A DNA stretch of 64,000 nucleotides from Candidatus Fermentibacteraceae bacterium (lineage in GTDB: Bacteria; Fermentibacterota; Fermentibacteria; Fermentibacterales; JCC-6). Below, piece after piece: positions 19,344 to 29,224 of the stretch. Below the pieces are notes generated by a model, which ran no database searches, was not told the DNA's origin, and saw only the letters and a program-made list of their open reading frames with translations. Position 1 is the first letter of the stretch; every line of letters starts with the position of its first letter. The DNA lies in contig JBGSZS010000005.1 of the NCBI GenBank assembly GCA_041750285.1, positions 1 through 64,000 of the forward strand, in the 5' to 3' direction. The translations under genes were made by a program, and so were the position numbers.

Positions 19344-20416
19344 ACCTGCACCGCATCCACGGCAGAATAGCGCGAAGGGAGGGCGGATGGGCGTACCTTG
19401 TCTGGCTTCTTGCGCCCCTCTCCTGGGCGTGGATCGCGGGCAACAGAACGGCCCGATTCCTTCGCGACCTCCATCCTGCGGGTGCCACGCGCGTTCCAGC
19501 GGTCGTCGTAAGCGTTGGGAACATTGAGATGGGCGGAGTCGGTAAAACACCTGTAACGATGTGGCTTGGTGAGAGGCTCTCGAAAATGGGCATCAGAACC
19601 GCGATCGTGGCCAGAAACCTTGCAGTGTCGAGGGGAAGGCCCGTGGCGGTCCTGCCCGGCTCCTCGGCAGGAGGTGTTCCGGTGAGTGACGAAGCCCAGA
19701 TGATGGGCGCAAGGCTCCATCCGCGCTGCAGGGTCTTTGCGGGCCCCGACAAGACGGAAACCGCGCTCAGGGCCTTTCACGAGACCGCTCCCCAGGTGAT
19801 TGTCATCGACGACGGCTTTCAACACCTGGGGCTTCACCGCGACATAGAGGTCGTGGTCCTCAATGCCCGGCACCCTTTCGGCATCGGTGGCGTCTTTCCC
19901 CTGGGAACCCTCAGGGAGCCACCCGGTGTGATTTCCAGGGCGGATTTTCTCTGGCTCAACAGGGCTTCGAGCGGAGCCACCGAAAAACTGGCAAGAAGGC
20001 TCTCCGCCCAGAGGAACTGGAAAGCCCCCTTCATAGCAAGCACTGTCGTCCCGCTCAAACCCAGGGAGCCCGACGGCACCGAGACGTCTCCCTGCAGGGT
20101 TGTGGGATTCGCGGGGATCGGCAGACCCGAGTCATTCCGTGAGACCCTTGCCGAGGCAGGGTTCGATGTTGCCCGGTTCCTCGAGTTCCCCGATCATTGG
20201 AACTACACCGCTTCGGATACGGATACACTTCTTGAAGCACTCAGGACAAACAGGGCGGAGCGTCTCGTTACGACGGAAAAAGACGCCGCCAGGCTTGGCA
20301 GGAAGGGTTTGCGGCTCCTTAACCCCCTGGTGCTCCCGGTCACCCTCGCGGTGGACGGCGCCGGTGAGGAACTGCTGGGGCGGATCCTTGACCTCGTTGA
20401 GGAGAGGGAGCGTTGA
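19340..20416 (+). CDS. lpxK: tetraacyldisaccharide 4'-kinase
   Basis: SVGNIEMGGVGKTP, DDGFQH, PLGTLREP, FPDH, TTEKD. Confidence 0.93.
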   Translation: MNLHRIHGRIARREGGWAYLVWLLAPLSWAWIAGNRTARFLRDLHPAGATRVPAVVVSVGNIEMGGVGKTPVTMWLGERLSKMGIRTAIVARNLAVSRGRPVAVLPGSSAGGVPVSDEAQMMGARLHPRCRVFAGPDKTETALRAFHETAPQVIVIDDGFQHLGLHRDIEVVVLNARHPFGIGGVFPLGTLREPPGVISRADFLWLNRASSGATEKLARRLSAQRNWKAPFIASTVVPLKPREPDGTETSPCRVVGFAGIGRPESFRETLAEAGFDVARFLEFPDHWNYTASDTDTLLEALRTNRAERLVTTEKDAARLGRKGLRLLNPLVLPVTLAVDGAGEELLGRILDLVEERER

Positions 20417-21999
20417 TGACCAACTGTGACGTTCTTGTGGTGGGCGGCGGAATGAGCGGTCTGATGTGCGCCCTCACCCTTCCCGCAGGGCTTTCAGTGA
20501 CCGTTCTAAGCAAGGTGCCGCTCCCGACCGGAAGCACCCTTCTTGCGCAGGGCGGAATCGCAGCGGTGACTTCCGGCGGCGACAGCCCCGAAATGCACCT
20601 GCGGGACACGGTGCTGGCCGGAGCCGGGCTGGTGCACGAAGAGACCGCGATGGGCATCATCAGACTGGGTGGAAACCTCATCGAAACCCTCGGGGAGATG
20701 GGGATTCCTCTCGAGGGCGCCGGCGACGGCGTGGCGGGGATAGAGGGGGGGCACTCCTACAGAAGGGTACTTCACTACTACGACCGTACCGGACGCTTCA
20801 TAAGCAGGAGACTGGCGCAGATATGCCGGACGAGAAGCAACATCACCATCATCGAGAACGCCTTCGCCATAAACATCATCACAGCCTCCCGGGAAGCCCC
20901 CGAGACCGCATCGGGAGCGGGTGACAGCTGTCTGGGGGTCTACGTCCTTCACGAGGGAAGGGTCAGGACCATCCTCGCCCGTGAGACCGTCATAGCGACG
21001 GGAGGCGCAGGAAAGGCCTACAGGTACACTTCCAACGACGATTCGGCCACAGGCGACGGCATTGCCATGGCCTACAGGGCGGGCCTTCCGGTGCGGAACA
21101 TGGAGTTCTACCAGTTCCATCCGACCTGCCTTTTCCACCCCGATTTCAGAAACTTTCTGATAACCGAGGCCCTCAGGGGGGAAGGTGCGCGCCTGGTTGA
21201 CCACCAGGGCGTCCGCTTCATGCGGGACTACGATCCCGAAAGGATGGAGCTTGCCCCCAGGGACGTTGTTGCCAGGGCCATCGACAGCCACATGAAACAG
21301 CAGGGCACCGATCATGTGTTCCTCGATGCGACCGGGCTGGGAGAGGCATTCCTCAGAAGCCACTTCCCCGAAGTCACCCAGGGAGTCGTTAAGGCCGGCA
21401 TCATTCCATGGGAGAAGCCGATACCTGTGGTTCCCGCAGCCCACTACTGCGTTGGCGGGGTTGTTGCCCGGATCGACGGCTCAACTGAGATGAAGGGGCT
21501 GAGGGTTGTGGGCGAGGCCGCCTCGACGGGTCTTCACGGAGCCAACAGGCTGGGAAGCAACAGTCTTCTCGAAGCCGGCGTCATGGGTATGGAGGCGGCG
21601 CGAGGCATTGCGGGGGACATCAGCGGAGACGCGGTGAAGCAGGTCAGGGACTGGTACTACGGAAGGGCCAAACCACTCGAGGAGAGCGTCCTGGTCGACC
21701 ACTCATGGGCAAGCCTGAGAAGCGTGATGTGGGACTATGTGGGCATAGTGAGGACGGACAAGCGACTGAGGAGAGCCCTCAGGCTGCTGGAAGTCCTGTC
21801 CGAGGAAACCGAGGAGGACTACTGGAACCTGCTTCCCTCGAGGGAACTCCTAGAACTGCGAAATCTCTGCACCGTCAGCACCCTGATGGTCAGATCGGCA
21901 CTGCGGCGGAGGGAGAGCAGGGGTCTTCATTTCCTTCAGGACTGCCCCGAAACATCCTCCATGCCACGCGACACGGTGCTTCGAAAGGGGCTTTCTTGA
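20413..21999 (+). CDS. nadB: L-aspartate oxidase
   Basis: AQGGIAAV, EGGHS.RRVLH, EFYQFHPT, LITEALRGEG, PAAHY..GG, GLHGANRL.SNSLLE, RRESRGLH. Confidence 0.93.
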   Translation: MMTNCDVLVVGGGMSGLMCALTLPAGLSVTVLSKVPLPTGSTLLAQGGIAAVTSGGDSPEMHLRDTVLAGAGLVHEETAMGIIRLGGNLIETLGEMGIPLEGAGDGVAGIEGGHSYRRVLHYYDRTGRFISRRLAQICRTRSNITIIENAFAINIITASREAPETASGAGDSCLGVYVLHEGRVRTILARETVIATGGAGKAYRYTSNDDSATGDGIAMAYRAGLPVRNMEFYQFHPTCLFHPDFRNFLITEALRGEGARLVDHQGVRFMRDYDPERMELAPRDVVARAIDSHMKQQGTDHVFLDATGLGEAFLRSHFPEVTQGVVKAGIIPWEKPIPVVPAAHYCVGGVVARIDGSTEMKGLRVVGEAASTGLHGANRLGSNSLLEAGVMGMEAARGIAGDISGDAVKQVRDWYYGRAKPLEESVLVDHSWASLRSVMWDYVGIVRTDKRLRRALRLLEVLSEETEEDYWNLLPSRELLELRNLCTVSTLMVRSALRRRESRGLHFLQDCPETSSMPRDTVLRKGLS

Positions 22000-22547
22000 G
22001 AACCGGCGCCGCTCTCGCATCCGGGCTCGTACTTCTGGCCCTTGGCTGCGGAAGCCTTCCGGTCTACCGGGGCCGGGGCATCACATGCAGGGGACCTTCA
22101 GGAATCCCCGTCGAGGTCGCCAGGAGTTCCGGAACGACCACCGGGGTGGAAACCGCGCGTGTGCAGGTTCCCGCCTCAGGCGCGGCCCAGGCGATCATTG
22201 ACGAGGTCGGGCGCTGGTACGGAACTCCCTACGTTTACGGCGGCTCGACGAAGAACGGTACGGACTGTTCGGGGTTCACCCAGTCCGTCTACCGAACGGT
22301 GGGGATCGAGATACCCAGAAGGGCATCGAGGCAGGCCGCGGCAGCGAGGAACGTCTCCCGGGGCAGCCTCAGACCAGCGGACCTGGTCTTCTTCAACACG
22401 TCGGGATCGGGCATTTCACATGTTGGCATATATCTGGGAGACGGCCAGTTCGCCCACGCGGCCACATCGAGGGGCGTGGTGCGTGAATCTCTGTCGCACC
22501 CCTACTACACCACCCGGTTCGTTCATGGCGGCCGGTTCCTGGACTGA
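21996..22547 (+). CDS. NlpC/P60 (C40) peptidase lipoprotein
   Basis: Lipobox LALGC; GTPYVYGG, DCSGF, DLVFF, SHVGIY, FAHA; TTGA-coupled start. Confidence 0.92.
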   Translation: MRTGAALASGLVLLALGCGSLPVYRGRGITCRGPSGIPVEVARSSGTTTGVETARVQVPASGAAQAIIDEVGRWYGTPYVYGGSTKNGTDCSGFTQSVYRTVGIEIPRRASRQAAAARNVSRGSLRPADLVFFNTSGSGISHVGIYLGDGQFAHAATSRGVVRESLSHPYYTTRFVHGGRFLD

Positions 22548-22553
22548 GGAGCG

Positions 22554-23081
22554 ATGAACCTTTTCCAACTGCTGCTTCTGTCCCTGGCCCTTTCCGCCGA
22601 CGCATTCGCGGTGAGCGTCTGCAGGGCGAAGGGCCGGAGGTCGGCCCTTGTCCTGGCCTCCGCCTTCGGCTTCTTCCAGGCCGCGATGCCGGTGATCGGG
22701 TGGTACGCCGGATCGGCACTGAGAAGCGTGCTGAGCCGTGTCGCACCCATCGCGGCCTTTCTCATCCTCTTCCTCGTCGGGGGCAGGATGCTATGGAACG
22801 CCGTACGTGACCGGAAGAGCAAAACCTGCGTAACCACGGGCAGAACCGTCATCCTTTCACTTGCCTTTGCCACAAGCCTTGACGCCTTCGCGGCGGGTGT
22901 GTCGATCTCCCTCATCGGCTCCGGGATCTGGCTGCCCGCCGCCGTGATCGGCTCGGTGACCTTCGCGGTGTGCATCGCGGGCGCAGGGATAGGCTGCATG
23001 GCCGGTGCACGGCTGGGGTGGCACCTCGAGGCCGTTGCCGGACTTGTGATCATGGCGCTGGGTGTGAAAGCCCTGGTCTAG
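22554..23081 (+). CDS. mntP: manganese efflux pump MntP family
   Basis: ALSADAFAVS, FGFFQAAMP..G, ATSLDAFAAG. Confidence 0.85.
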   Translation: MNLFQLLLLSLALSADAFAVSVCRAKGRRSALVLASAFGFFQAAMPVIGWYAGSALRSVLSRVAPIAAFLILFLVGGRMLWNAVRDRKSKTCVTTGRTVILSLAFATSLDAFAAGVSISLIGSGIWLPAAVIGSVTFAVCIAGAGIGCMAGARLGWHLEAVAGLVIMALGVKALV

Positions 23082-23082
23082 G

Positions 23083-24159
23083 GTGGGGACCGGACGGGCC
23101 GCCTTCCTTGCGTGCATCCTCCTTGCCGGGTGTGGCGAACAACCCCTTCCAGGCGGGACGCGGGGCATTCGTGAGTTCCCGCCCCGGCAGCCCCCTGCAG
23201 TCGTCTGGGTGTTTCGCACCGGCGGAATGGTTGGTGCATCGCCGGTGATCGATTCAGGATCGGTGTATTTCGGGAGCTGGGACGAAAACATCTACTGTGT
23301 CGACGCCCTCACAGGCGACCTCCGCTGGAGCCGCCACATCGAAAGCGGAACGGCGACATCACAGGTCATGACCCCCGCGGCCCTGGTATGCACCTCAACG
23401 GGGGGACTCCTGCTGGGACTCAGCCCTGAAACGGGTGAGGAGCTCTGGCGTGTTCCGCTTTCCGACGGAACTCCCGGCTTCCCCTCGGCTTCCGGCGGGG
23501 TCGTCTACATCGGCGGCGAAAGCGGCCTTAACGCGATCGATGCCTCGACGGGAATCATTCTCTGGAGTTCCGGCACCGGGGGTGCGGTCACCGCAGCTCC
23601 AGCCGTGCTGGGCGGAAACGTCTTTGCGGCCTGCCAGGACGGCGCGGTCAGGGCTCACGACTCTTCGACCGGCAGGATTGAATGGCTGTACCAAACCGGA
23701 GCGCCCGTGCTTTCGGGACCGGTGGCCGGGGACGGTGACATCTTCTTCGGCTCGTGCGACTCATGCGTCTACAGTCTCGATGCCGCAACGGGAGCGCTGA
23801 ACTGGAGGTTCGAGACCATGGGGCAGGTCACCGCTTCACCTGTCCTCACGGGAGATCTGCTTCTTGCGGGAAGCACTGACGGGAGGCTCTACGCGATCGA
23901 ACGCGCGAGCGGCACTGAACGCTGGCGATATGCCACCGACGGCTGGATCTGGTCGGCGCCCGTGCTCGTGATGGAAACCGCCGTCTTCGGAAGCTACGAC
24001 GGCTGCCTGTACGCCGTGAACACCAGGACGGGGAGGGAGGTCTGGAGCCTCCCGACCGACGCGATCATCCACTGCTCACCGGTTTCCGCCGGGGGACTTC
24101 TCTTTTTCGGAAGCTTCGACGGCGGGCTCTACGCCCTTGAAACGCCCGCTACTCCCTGA
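23083..24159 (+). CDS. PQQ-like beta-propeller repeat lipoprotein (BamB-like)
   Basis: Lipobox LLAGC; about 8 repeats of GSxDGxLYALDxxTGxxxW. Confidence 0.88.
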   Translation: MGTGRAAFLACILLAGCGEQPLPGGTRGIREFPPRQPPAVVWVFRTGGMVGASPVIDSGSVYFGSWDENIYCVDALTGDLRWSRHIESGTATSQVMTPAALVCTSTGGLLLGLSPETGEELWRVPLSDGTPGFPSASGGVVYIGGESGLNAIDASTGIILWSSGTGGAVTAAPAVLGGNVFAACQDGAVRAHDSSTGRIEWLYQTGAPVLSGPVAGDGDIFFGSCDSCVYSLDAATGALNWRFETMGQVTASPVLTGDLLLAGSTDGRLYAIERASGTERWRYATDGWIWSAPVLVMETAVFGSYDGCLYAVNTRTGREVWSLPTDAIIHCSPVSAGGLLFFGSFDGGLYALETPATP

Positions 24160-24907
24160 GAAGCATCTCCATGGCCATCAGCCTGATGTGCGACGGGGCT
24201 TCGGGGTTCTCGAGTATCTTCCGGAAGGCCTGGGAGGCAAGGTAGACATCTCCGGTGACGGTGTACATGACGCCGGCGGCCGCAAGGGTCTCGGGGGGAG
24301 GGTCCGGCTCGGCCATTGCCTCGGATATCCTCACCATGGCGGACTCGGTCAGCCCGTCCTCCCAGTCAAGCATTGCCATTACGAGCGCCGGTGTGTACTT
24401 GTGGGCAACTGGTTCCAGAACGTTCGCCGCGCCCCGCCGGTCGCCGGATTCAAGGAAAATGATGGCCATGTCGGTCCGGGGTACCGACCATTCAGGGTCC
24501 AGAGCGACCGCCGATTCGAGAAGGGCCATCACTGAAGGGTCGCACTGCCGCCGCATGACCGAGGCGTCCCTCACCAGCCTGGCAGAGGCCAGCCGCCGCT
24601 CGAGGGCTTCCTCCATGTCCGCGGGGAGGGGAAGGCCCACCCTGGTTCCGGGCTCCGGAAGGCTGTCGGAAGGATAGCCTGCGGCCATGGCAATAACGCC
24701 GGAGGCGGCAGGATCCGACAGAAGGGCCCAGGCCAGGAACTCCCAGTAGTCGCCGGAAACCCAGGTCATCATGCATCTCTCGCCGGTCTGCGACGTGTTG
24801 AAGACGAACGGGCCTGTCACCGTCGTTCGTGTAACGCAGCCCGTGAAGGAGACCAGAACCGATACCGCCAGTGCGCACCCGACCCGGCAACTCATCGCAA
24901 ACCCCAT
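24149..24907 (-). CDS. hypothetical lipoprotein with LysM-like segment and TPR-like repeats
   Basis: Lipobox-like SFTGC; WVSGDYWEFLAW...PEPGTRVGLP resembles LysM; LESAVALDPEW TPR-like; start 24907 or 24895. Confidence 0.55.
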   Translation of the reverse strand: MGFAMSCRVGCALAVSVLVSFTGCVTRTTVTGPFVFNTSQTGERCMMTWVSGDYWEFLAWALLSDPAASGVIAMAAGYPSDSLPEPGTRVGLPLPADMEEALERRLASARLVRDASVMRRQCDPSVMALLESAVALDPEWSVPRTDMAIIFLESGDRRGAANVLEPVAHKYTPALVMAMLDWEDGLTESAMVRISEAMAEPDPPPETLAAAGVMYTVTGDVYLASQAFRKILENPEAPSHIRLMAMEMLLRE

Positions 24908-25845
24908 ATAAGCGCTTCGGCTTCGTCCGCCAGTTCAAGTACCTCCCGGGAGGACGCCACCCTCACCGCCCTGTCCCTCAGGCCGGCTGCACCGGGAAAG
25001 CCCTTCAGATAGTGGACCAGGTGTCCACGCATGGCGTTGAATATCGCCGGTTGGGGGCATTCTGCGAGCATGAGCGCCATCTGCCTCCCTATCACCTGCC
25101 TGAGCTCTCCGGGGGCGGGTTCGGGAGGGCCGCCGGAGAGTGCCCTGAATATCCAGGGGTTCCCCAGTGCGCCCCTGCCCACCATGAGCCCGGTGACCCC
25201 TTCGATGGAAAGCAGCCTTTTCCCGTCGTCGACGCTCCTCACGTCTCCGTTGGCCACAACGGGAACTGGTGAGTTCCTCGAGAGCCTGGCGATGCCTTCG
25301 GGGTCTACCGTTCCCCCGAACATGTCGGACCTGTACCGTCCGTGGATGGTCACCGCCGATGCCCCCGCAGCGCCCAGCATGCCGCAGATCCCCTCGGGAA
25401 GAGGTTCGTCCGGCGAGAAACCCAGCCTGATCTTCACGGTCACCGGGAGGTGGGTGGCGGCCGCAGTTGACGCAACTATGTCGAACAGCCTGGGCAGGTC
25501 CCTGAGAAGGGCTGCGCCCGAGCCGCTTGAAAGAACCTTCCTCACGGGACACCCAGCGTTGATGTCGATGAATGAGAAACCAAGGCCGCTCACAAGTTCG
25601 GCGCTCCTGGCAAAATCCGCCGGCTTCGCCCCGAAGAGCTGCACCCCGAGGGGTTTCTCCTCAGGAAGGTATCTGAGGTAACGGATGGACTTGACCGACC
25701 TTCGGGAGACACCTGCCGCGGTGACCATCTCCGTCACCAGGCCCGTGGCGCCCAGCGCCCTGCAGACCACGCGAAAGGGGCTTCCGGTGTATCCCGCCAT
25801 CGGTGCCAGGGCCAGGCCGTGCGTGTAGCCCGTCATCCCGTTCAA
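24892..25845 (-). CDS. dusB: tRNA-dihydrouridine synthase (DusB-like)
   Basis: LAPMAG, VQLFG, IDINAGCP, GAALL, VKIRLG, IHGR, ANGD, GRGALGNPW. Confidence 0.9.
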   Translation of the reverse strand: MNGMTGYTHGLALAPMAGYTGSPFRVVCRALGATGLVTEMVTAAGVSRRSVKSIRYLRYLPEEKPLGVQLFGAKPADFARSAELVSGLGFSFIDINAGCPVRKVLSSGSGAALLRDLPRLFDIVASTAAATHLPVTVKIRLGFSPDEPLPEGICGMLGAAGASAVTIHGRYRSDMFGGTVDPEGIARLSRNSPVPVVANGDVRSVDDGKRLLSIEGVTGLMVGRGALGNPWIFRALSGGPPEPAPGELRQVIGRQMALMLAECPQPAIFNAMRGHLVHYLKGFPGAAGLRDRAVRVASSREVLELADEAEALIWGLR

Positions 25846-26690
25846 GGAAGCTCCGAAGCGTAAGTGTCGGCGTGATAGCTGCTTCTCACCAGGGGGCCCG
25901 AAGCGACTGACAGGAAACCCATTCCGAGTGCCTCCTCCCGCCAGCGGTCGAACTCGTCGGGGGTGACGAAACGTCGGACGGGTGCGTGCCCCTTCGAGGG
26001 CTGAAGGTACTGCCCGAGGGTGAGCATCGTCACGCCTTCCTCCCGGAGGTTTGCCAGTGCGCGCCGGAGGTCGTCCGCGGTCTCACCCAGCCCCAGCATG
26101 AGGCCGCTTTTAGCGGGAATCCCCGTATTCATCGCGGAGAAGTCGCCCAGGACCCCAAGGGAACGCTCATAGCTCCCACCGGGTCTCAGTGATGGAAAGA
26201 GAACCTCAACGGTCTCGAGGTTGTGGTTGAAGATGGAGGGGGCGGAGGCGGCGATGGTTTCGAGCGATTCCCTTCTTCCCGAAAAGTCGGGCGTGAGGAC
26301 TTCCACCCCGATCCCGGGGACCCTCTCCCGAAGTGCGCGGACCACGCGGGCAAAACAGCCGGCTCCACCGTCGGGAAGGTCATCGCGGGTTACAGAGGTC
26401 ACAACGACGAACCTGAGACCCATGGCAGAAGCCGCATCGGCAAGCCTTCGTGGCTCATCGGGGTCAGGGGGGAGGGGAGTGCCGTGATCGACGGCGCAAT
26501 AGCCGCAGTTCCTGGTACAGACGGTGCCCATGATCAGGAAGGCCGCGGTGTTCCGCTGGTAGCAGTGCCCCCTGTTGGGGCAGCACGCCTCGTTGCACAC
26601 GGTGTTCAACCCCAGCCGTTCCAGCACGCGGCGTGTTCTCCCGGCCGGGAAACCTCCCGTCACGGGGGCCCTGAGCCACGAAGGTCTCAC
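25842..26690 (-). CDS. lipA: lipoyl synthase
   Basis: TVCNEACCPNRGHC (CX4CX5C), CTRNCGYC radical SAM motif, RDDLPDGGA, NHNLET, RSSYHA. Confidence 0.96.
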   Translation of the reverse strand: MRPSWLRAPVTGGFPAGRTRRVLERLGLNTVCNEACCPNRGHCYQRNTAAFLIMGTVCTRNCGYCAVDHGTPLPPDPDEPRRLADAASAMGLRFVVVTSVTRDDLPDGGAGCFARVVRALRERVPGIGVEVLTPDFSGRRESLETIAASAPSIFNHNLETVEVLFPSLRPGGSYERSLGVLGDFSAMNTGIPAKSGLMLGLGETADDLRRALANLREEGVTMLTLGQYLQPSKGHAPVRRFVTPDEFDRWREEALGMGFLSVASGPLVRSSYHADTYASELP

Positions 26691-27481
26691 AGCTCGTACT
26701 CCCTTGTCATTTCAGAAAGCTCCATGGGCGGGATCATCCCGAAATCGGTGGGAACCGCCCGGACTGCCCAGTAATCCATGAAGGCCTCCTGGAGTGGACG
26801 CACGAGGTCGGCGGGGGAAGCGTCGGGGCGGTATTCACGCACGGTTCCGGTTCCATCCAGGAGCTGTTTCCGAAGGGCTTCGCGCGCGTCACCGGATCCT
26901 TCCGGGGTCGACGTGAAGTCGAGGAGCCTTGGCTGATCGTTGTCGAAGAGGATGGATCCATGTTCGAGAAACGCGCCCCTGGTGCGGGCCTGTGCGCTTC
27001 CCACGAGTTTCCTGCCGTCATGGGTCATCACCTCGAACCTGCCGTGGCTCACGAAGCAAGGCCCCCTTCCGAAACCATCGCCGGAGCGTTCCGCCCTGTT
27101 CATGACCGCCGGAACTCCGATTGCCTTCAGTGCCGTCACGAGAACGGAGGCCACTGCGCCGAGGCTCTTCTCTATTCCGTCGGAGTAAAGTGGATGCCGT
27201 GAGCCCGCGGTCACCGAGTAGGTGAGTTCCCTTCCGTGCCAGACCGCCCTGCCGCCGGTGGGACGCCTTACCAGCCCGAAGCCCTGCGCTGAGAGCCTTT
27301 GCCGGTCGATCCCGCCCGATCCCTTCTGAAGGCGGCCCAGAGATACCGTGTGGGGCTGCCAGGTGTATGTCCGGAGGGCAATGTCGAACTCGCCCCGCTC
27401 CGCCATGCGCACCAGACAGGCGTCGACCGCCATGTTCCTGGAACCCGCGAGTCCGGGATCATCGAGGATCAGCAGCTTCAA
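26687..27481 (-). CDS. lipoate-protein ligase/octanoyltransferase (LipM/LplA family)
   Basis: NMAVD, VRRPTGGRAVWH, ELTYS, RKLVGSAQ, EHGSI; coupled to lipA. Confidence 0.88.
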   Translation of the reverse strand: MKLLILDDPGLAGSRNMAVDACLVRMAERGEFDIALRTYTWQPHTVSLGRLQKGSGGIDRQRLSAQGFGLVRRPTGGRAVWHGRELTYSVTAGSRHPLYSDGIEKSLGAVASVLVTALKAIGVPAVMNRAERSGDGFGRGPCFVSHGRFEVMTHDGRKLVGSAQARTRGAFLEHGSILFDNDQPRLLDFTSTPEGSGDAREALRKQLLDGTGTVREYRPDASPADLVRPLQEAFMDYWAVRAVPTDFGMIPPMELSEMTREYEL

Positions 27482-27510
27482 AGCATTCCTTTCCGCAGGT
27501 GTCGATCTCT

Positions 27511-27518
27511 AATATAAT
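27511..27518. promoter_or_regulatory. candidate overlapping divergent -10 elements
   Basis: AATATAAT gives TATAAT on + (27513-27518) and TATATT on -, in the 80-bp gap between divergent genes; no convincing -35. Confidence 0.35.
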
Positions 27519-27560
27519 CCGGCCTGGAACCGCCATTCCAGAAAACGATACAGGTGGTGT

Positions 27561-28484
27561 ATGAAACAGACAATAGCCCTTCCGGTCATCGGACTACTGC
27601 TCGCCCTTCTGGTGCTGCTTCCCGGCGCGTCTTCGGCCGAGGCGGTGTACCGCGATGCAGGCGCTGCCTCATGGCCTTTCCTGAAAATGGACATCGGTGC
27701 AAGGGCTGCCGCGCTCGGCGGAACGGGGCTTGTCAATTCAGGCTCACTGGCCATTTTCGCCAATCCGGCGCTTCTTGCCGGTCAGGGGGCGTCGATCACG
27801 GCGTCGCACAACTCATGGTTCGGCAAAACCGATCAGCAGGTGCTTTCCGCCGTATTTCCGCGGGGCGACCGCCTGGCCGCCTCCCTGGCCTTCCGCATCC
27901 TCAACACGGGAGGGCTCGAGTACCGCGAGACCCCGTCCTCGGAACCGACCGGAACATTCGATGTCACCGACCTCAGCCTCGGTGCCGCCATTGGCTGGCG
28001 CCCCGTGGACAGTTTTGCGGTGGGGGCCGGGATCAAGTTCATCCGTGAGAAGGTGTGGATCGAGGAGAGTTCCGGGCTCTCCTTCGACGCAGGGATTCTC
28101 TCCACACCGGCGAGGGGGCTCGTCCTCTCGGCCGCAATTCAGAACATCGGGCCGGGTGCGGTCATGGTTTCGCGCGAGTACAGGCTTCCCAGGACCATCA
28201 GGGCGGGTGCCGGTTACACGATTCCATCACCGGCCGGCTCATTCACGGTGTCCGCCGAGGTGCAGAAACCGATCGACAACAGTCCCAGGGGGGGGGCGGG
28301 CCTGGAGTACCAGCCCCTCGAATGGGTCTCCCTGAGGGGGGGGTACCGTTTCAACGACCCCTCCAGCACCTTCACTGCGGGTATGGGCTTCTCACAGCTG
28401 GGCTGGGTGCTCGATTACGCATATGTCCCGGGGAGTCACTCCCTGGGGGACACTCACAGGTTCACCCTGACCCGCACGCTCTGA
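27561..28484 (+). CDS. PorV/PorQ (UPF0164) family outer-membrane beta-barrel
   Basis: Signal peptide; FLKMDIGARAAALG, FANPA, amphipathic beta-strands, DYAYVP...GDTHRF. Confidence 0.8.
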   Translation: MKQTIALPVIGLLLALLVLLPGASSAEAVYRDAGAASWPFLKMDIGARAAALGGTGLVNSGSLAIFANPALLAGQGASITASHNSWFGKTDQQVLSAVFPRGDRLAASLAFRILNTGGLEYRETPSSEPTGTFDVTDLSLGAAIGWRPVDSFAVGAGIKFIREKVWIEESSGLSFDAGILSTPARGLVLSAAIQNIGPGAVMVSREYRLPRTIRAGAGYTIPSPAGSFTVSAEVQKPIDNSPRGGAGLEYQPLEWVSLRGGYRFNDPSSTFTAGMGFSQLGWVLDYAYVPGSHSLGDTHRFTLTRTL

Positions 28485-28495
28485 GACCCGCTTCA

Positions 28496-29224
28496 ATGCT
28501 GATCCTCCTTGTGAACGACGACGGCATACACGAGCCGGGGCTGGAAGCCCTCGAGCGTGCCCTCGCAGGCTTCGGGACGGTCACCGTGGCCCCGGTCGGG
28601 CACTGCTCGGGCGCCGGAATGTCGCTCGGGCTCTACGCGCCACTTTCCGTCATGCCCTGCGGGCCCGGCAGGTTCGCGGTAACCGGAACACCCGTGGACT
28701 GCGTAAAGATAGCCCTTGCCGAGTTGCTTCCCGGAAAGCCCGATCTCGTCATTTCGGGGATCAACCCGGGAGCGAACCTCGGCAACAACATCTGGTACTC
28801 AGGCACCGTTGCCGCCGCCACTGAAGCCTCGTTCTGGGATGTTCCCGCAATTGCGCTCAGTGTTGAGAGCTCCGGTGAGCCGGATTTCAGTCACGCGGCC
28901 GAACTGGCGGTGCGGATGGTCGACCGGGGCGTCCACGAGGCAATCCCACCCGGCATGATGCTCAACGTGAACCTTCCTCCCGGCACCCCTTCGGGACTGA
29001 AGCTCACAAGACCGGGCAGTTTCAGGAGAGAGGTGCCCTTCCTCAGACACCCCGACGGTTCCTACTCGTACGGTCCATACGAACTCCAGGGAACACGGGA
29101 ATCTGGGGGAACCGATGTCCACGCCGTCCTTTCGGGTTACGGATCGATCTCGGTCCTCAGACCCGGAAGGGATGCCACACCCGCACCGGAGGAACTGGAG
29201 GACTGGTGCCTCAGGCTGTTCTGA
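28496..29224 (+). CDS. surE: 5'/3'-nucleotidase SurE
   Basis: LLVNDDG, GTPVDCV, DLVISGINPG.N, YSGTVAAA. Confidence 0.93.
   Translation: MLILLVNDDGIHEPGLEALERALAGFGTVTVAPVGHCSGAGMSLGLYAPLSVMPCGPGRFAVTGTPVDCVKIALAELLPGKPDLVISGINPGANLGNNIWYSGTVAAATEASFWDVPAIALSVESSGEPDFSHAAELAVRMVDRGVHEAIPPGMMLNVNLPPGTPSGLKLTRPGSFRREVPFLRHPDGSYSYGPYELQGTRESGGTDVHAVLSGYGSISVLRPGRDATPAPEELEDWCLRLF

Noticed and set aside
22540..22556. yybP-ykoY Mn riboswitch ahead of mntP
   Set aside because: Only 6 nt separate mntP from the upstream gene, and no motif was seen.
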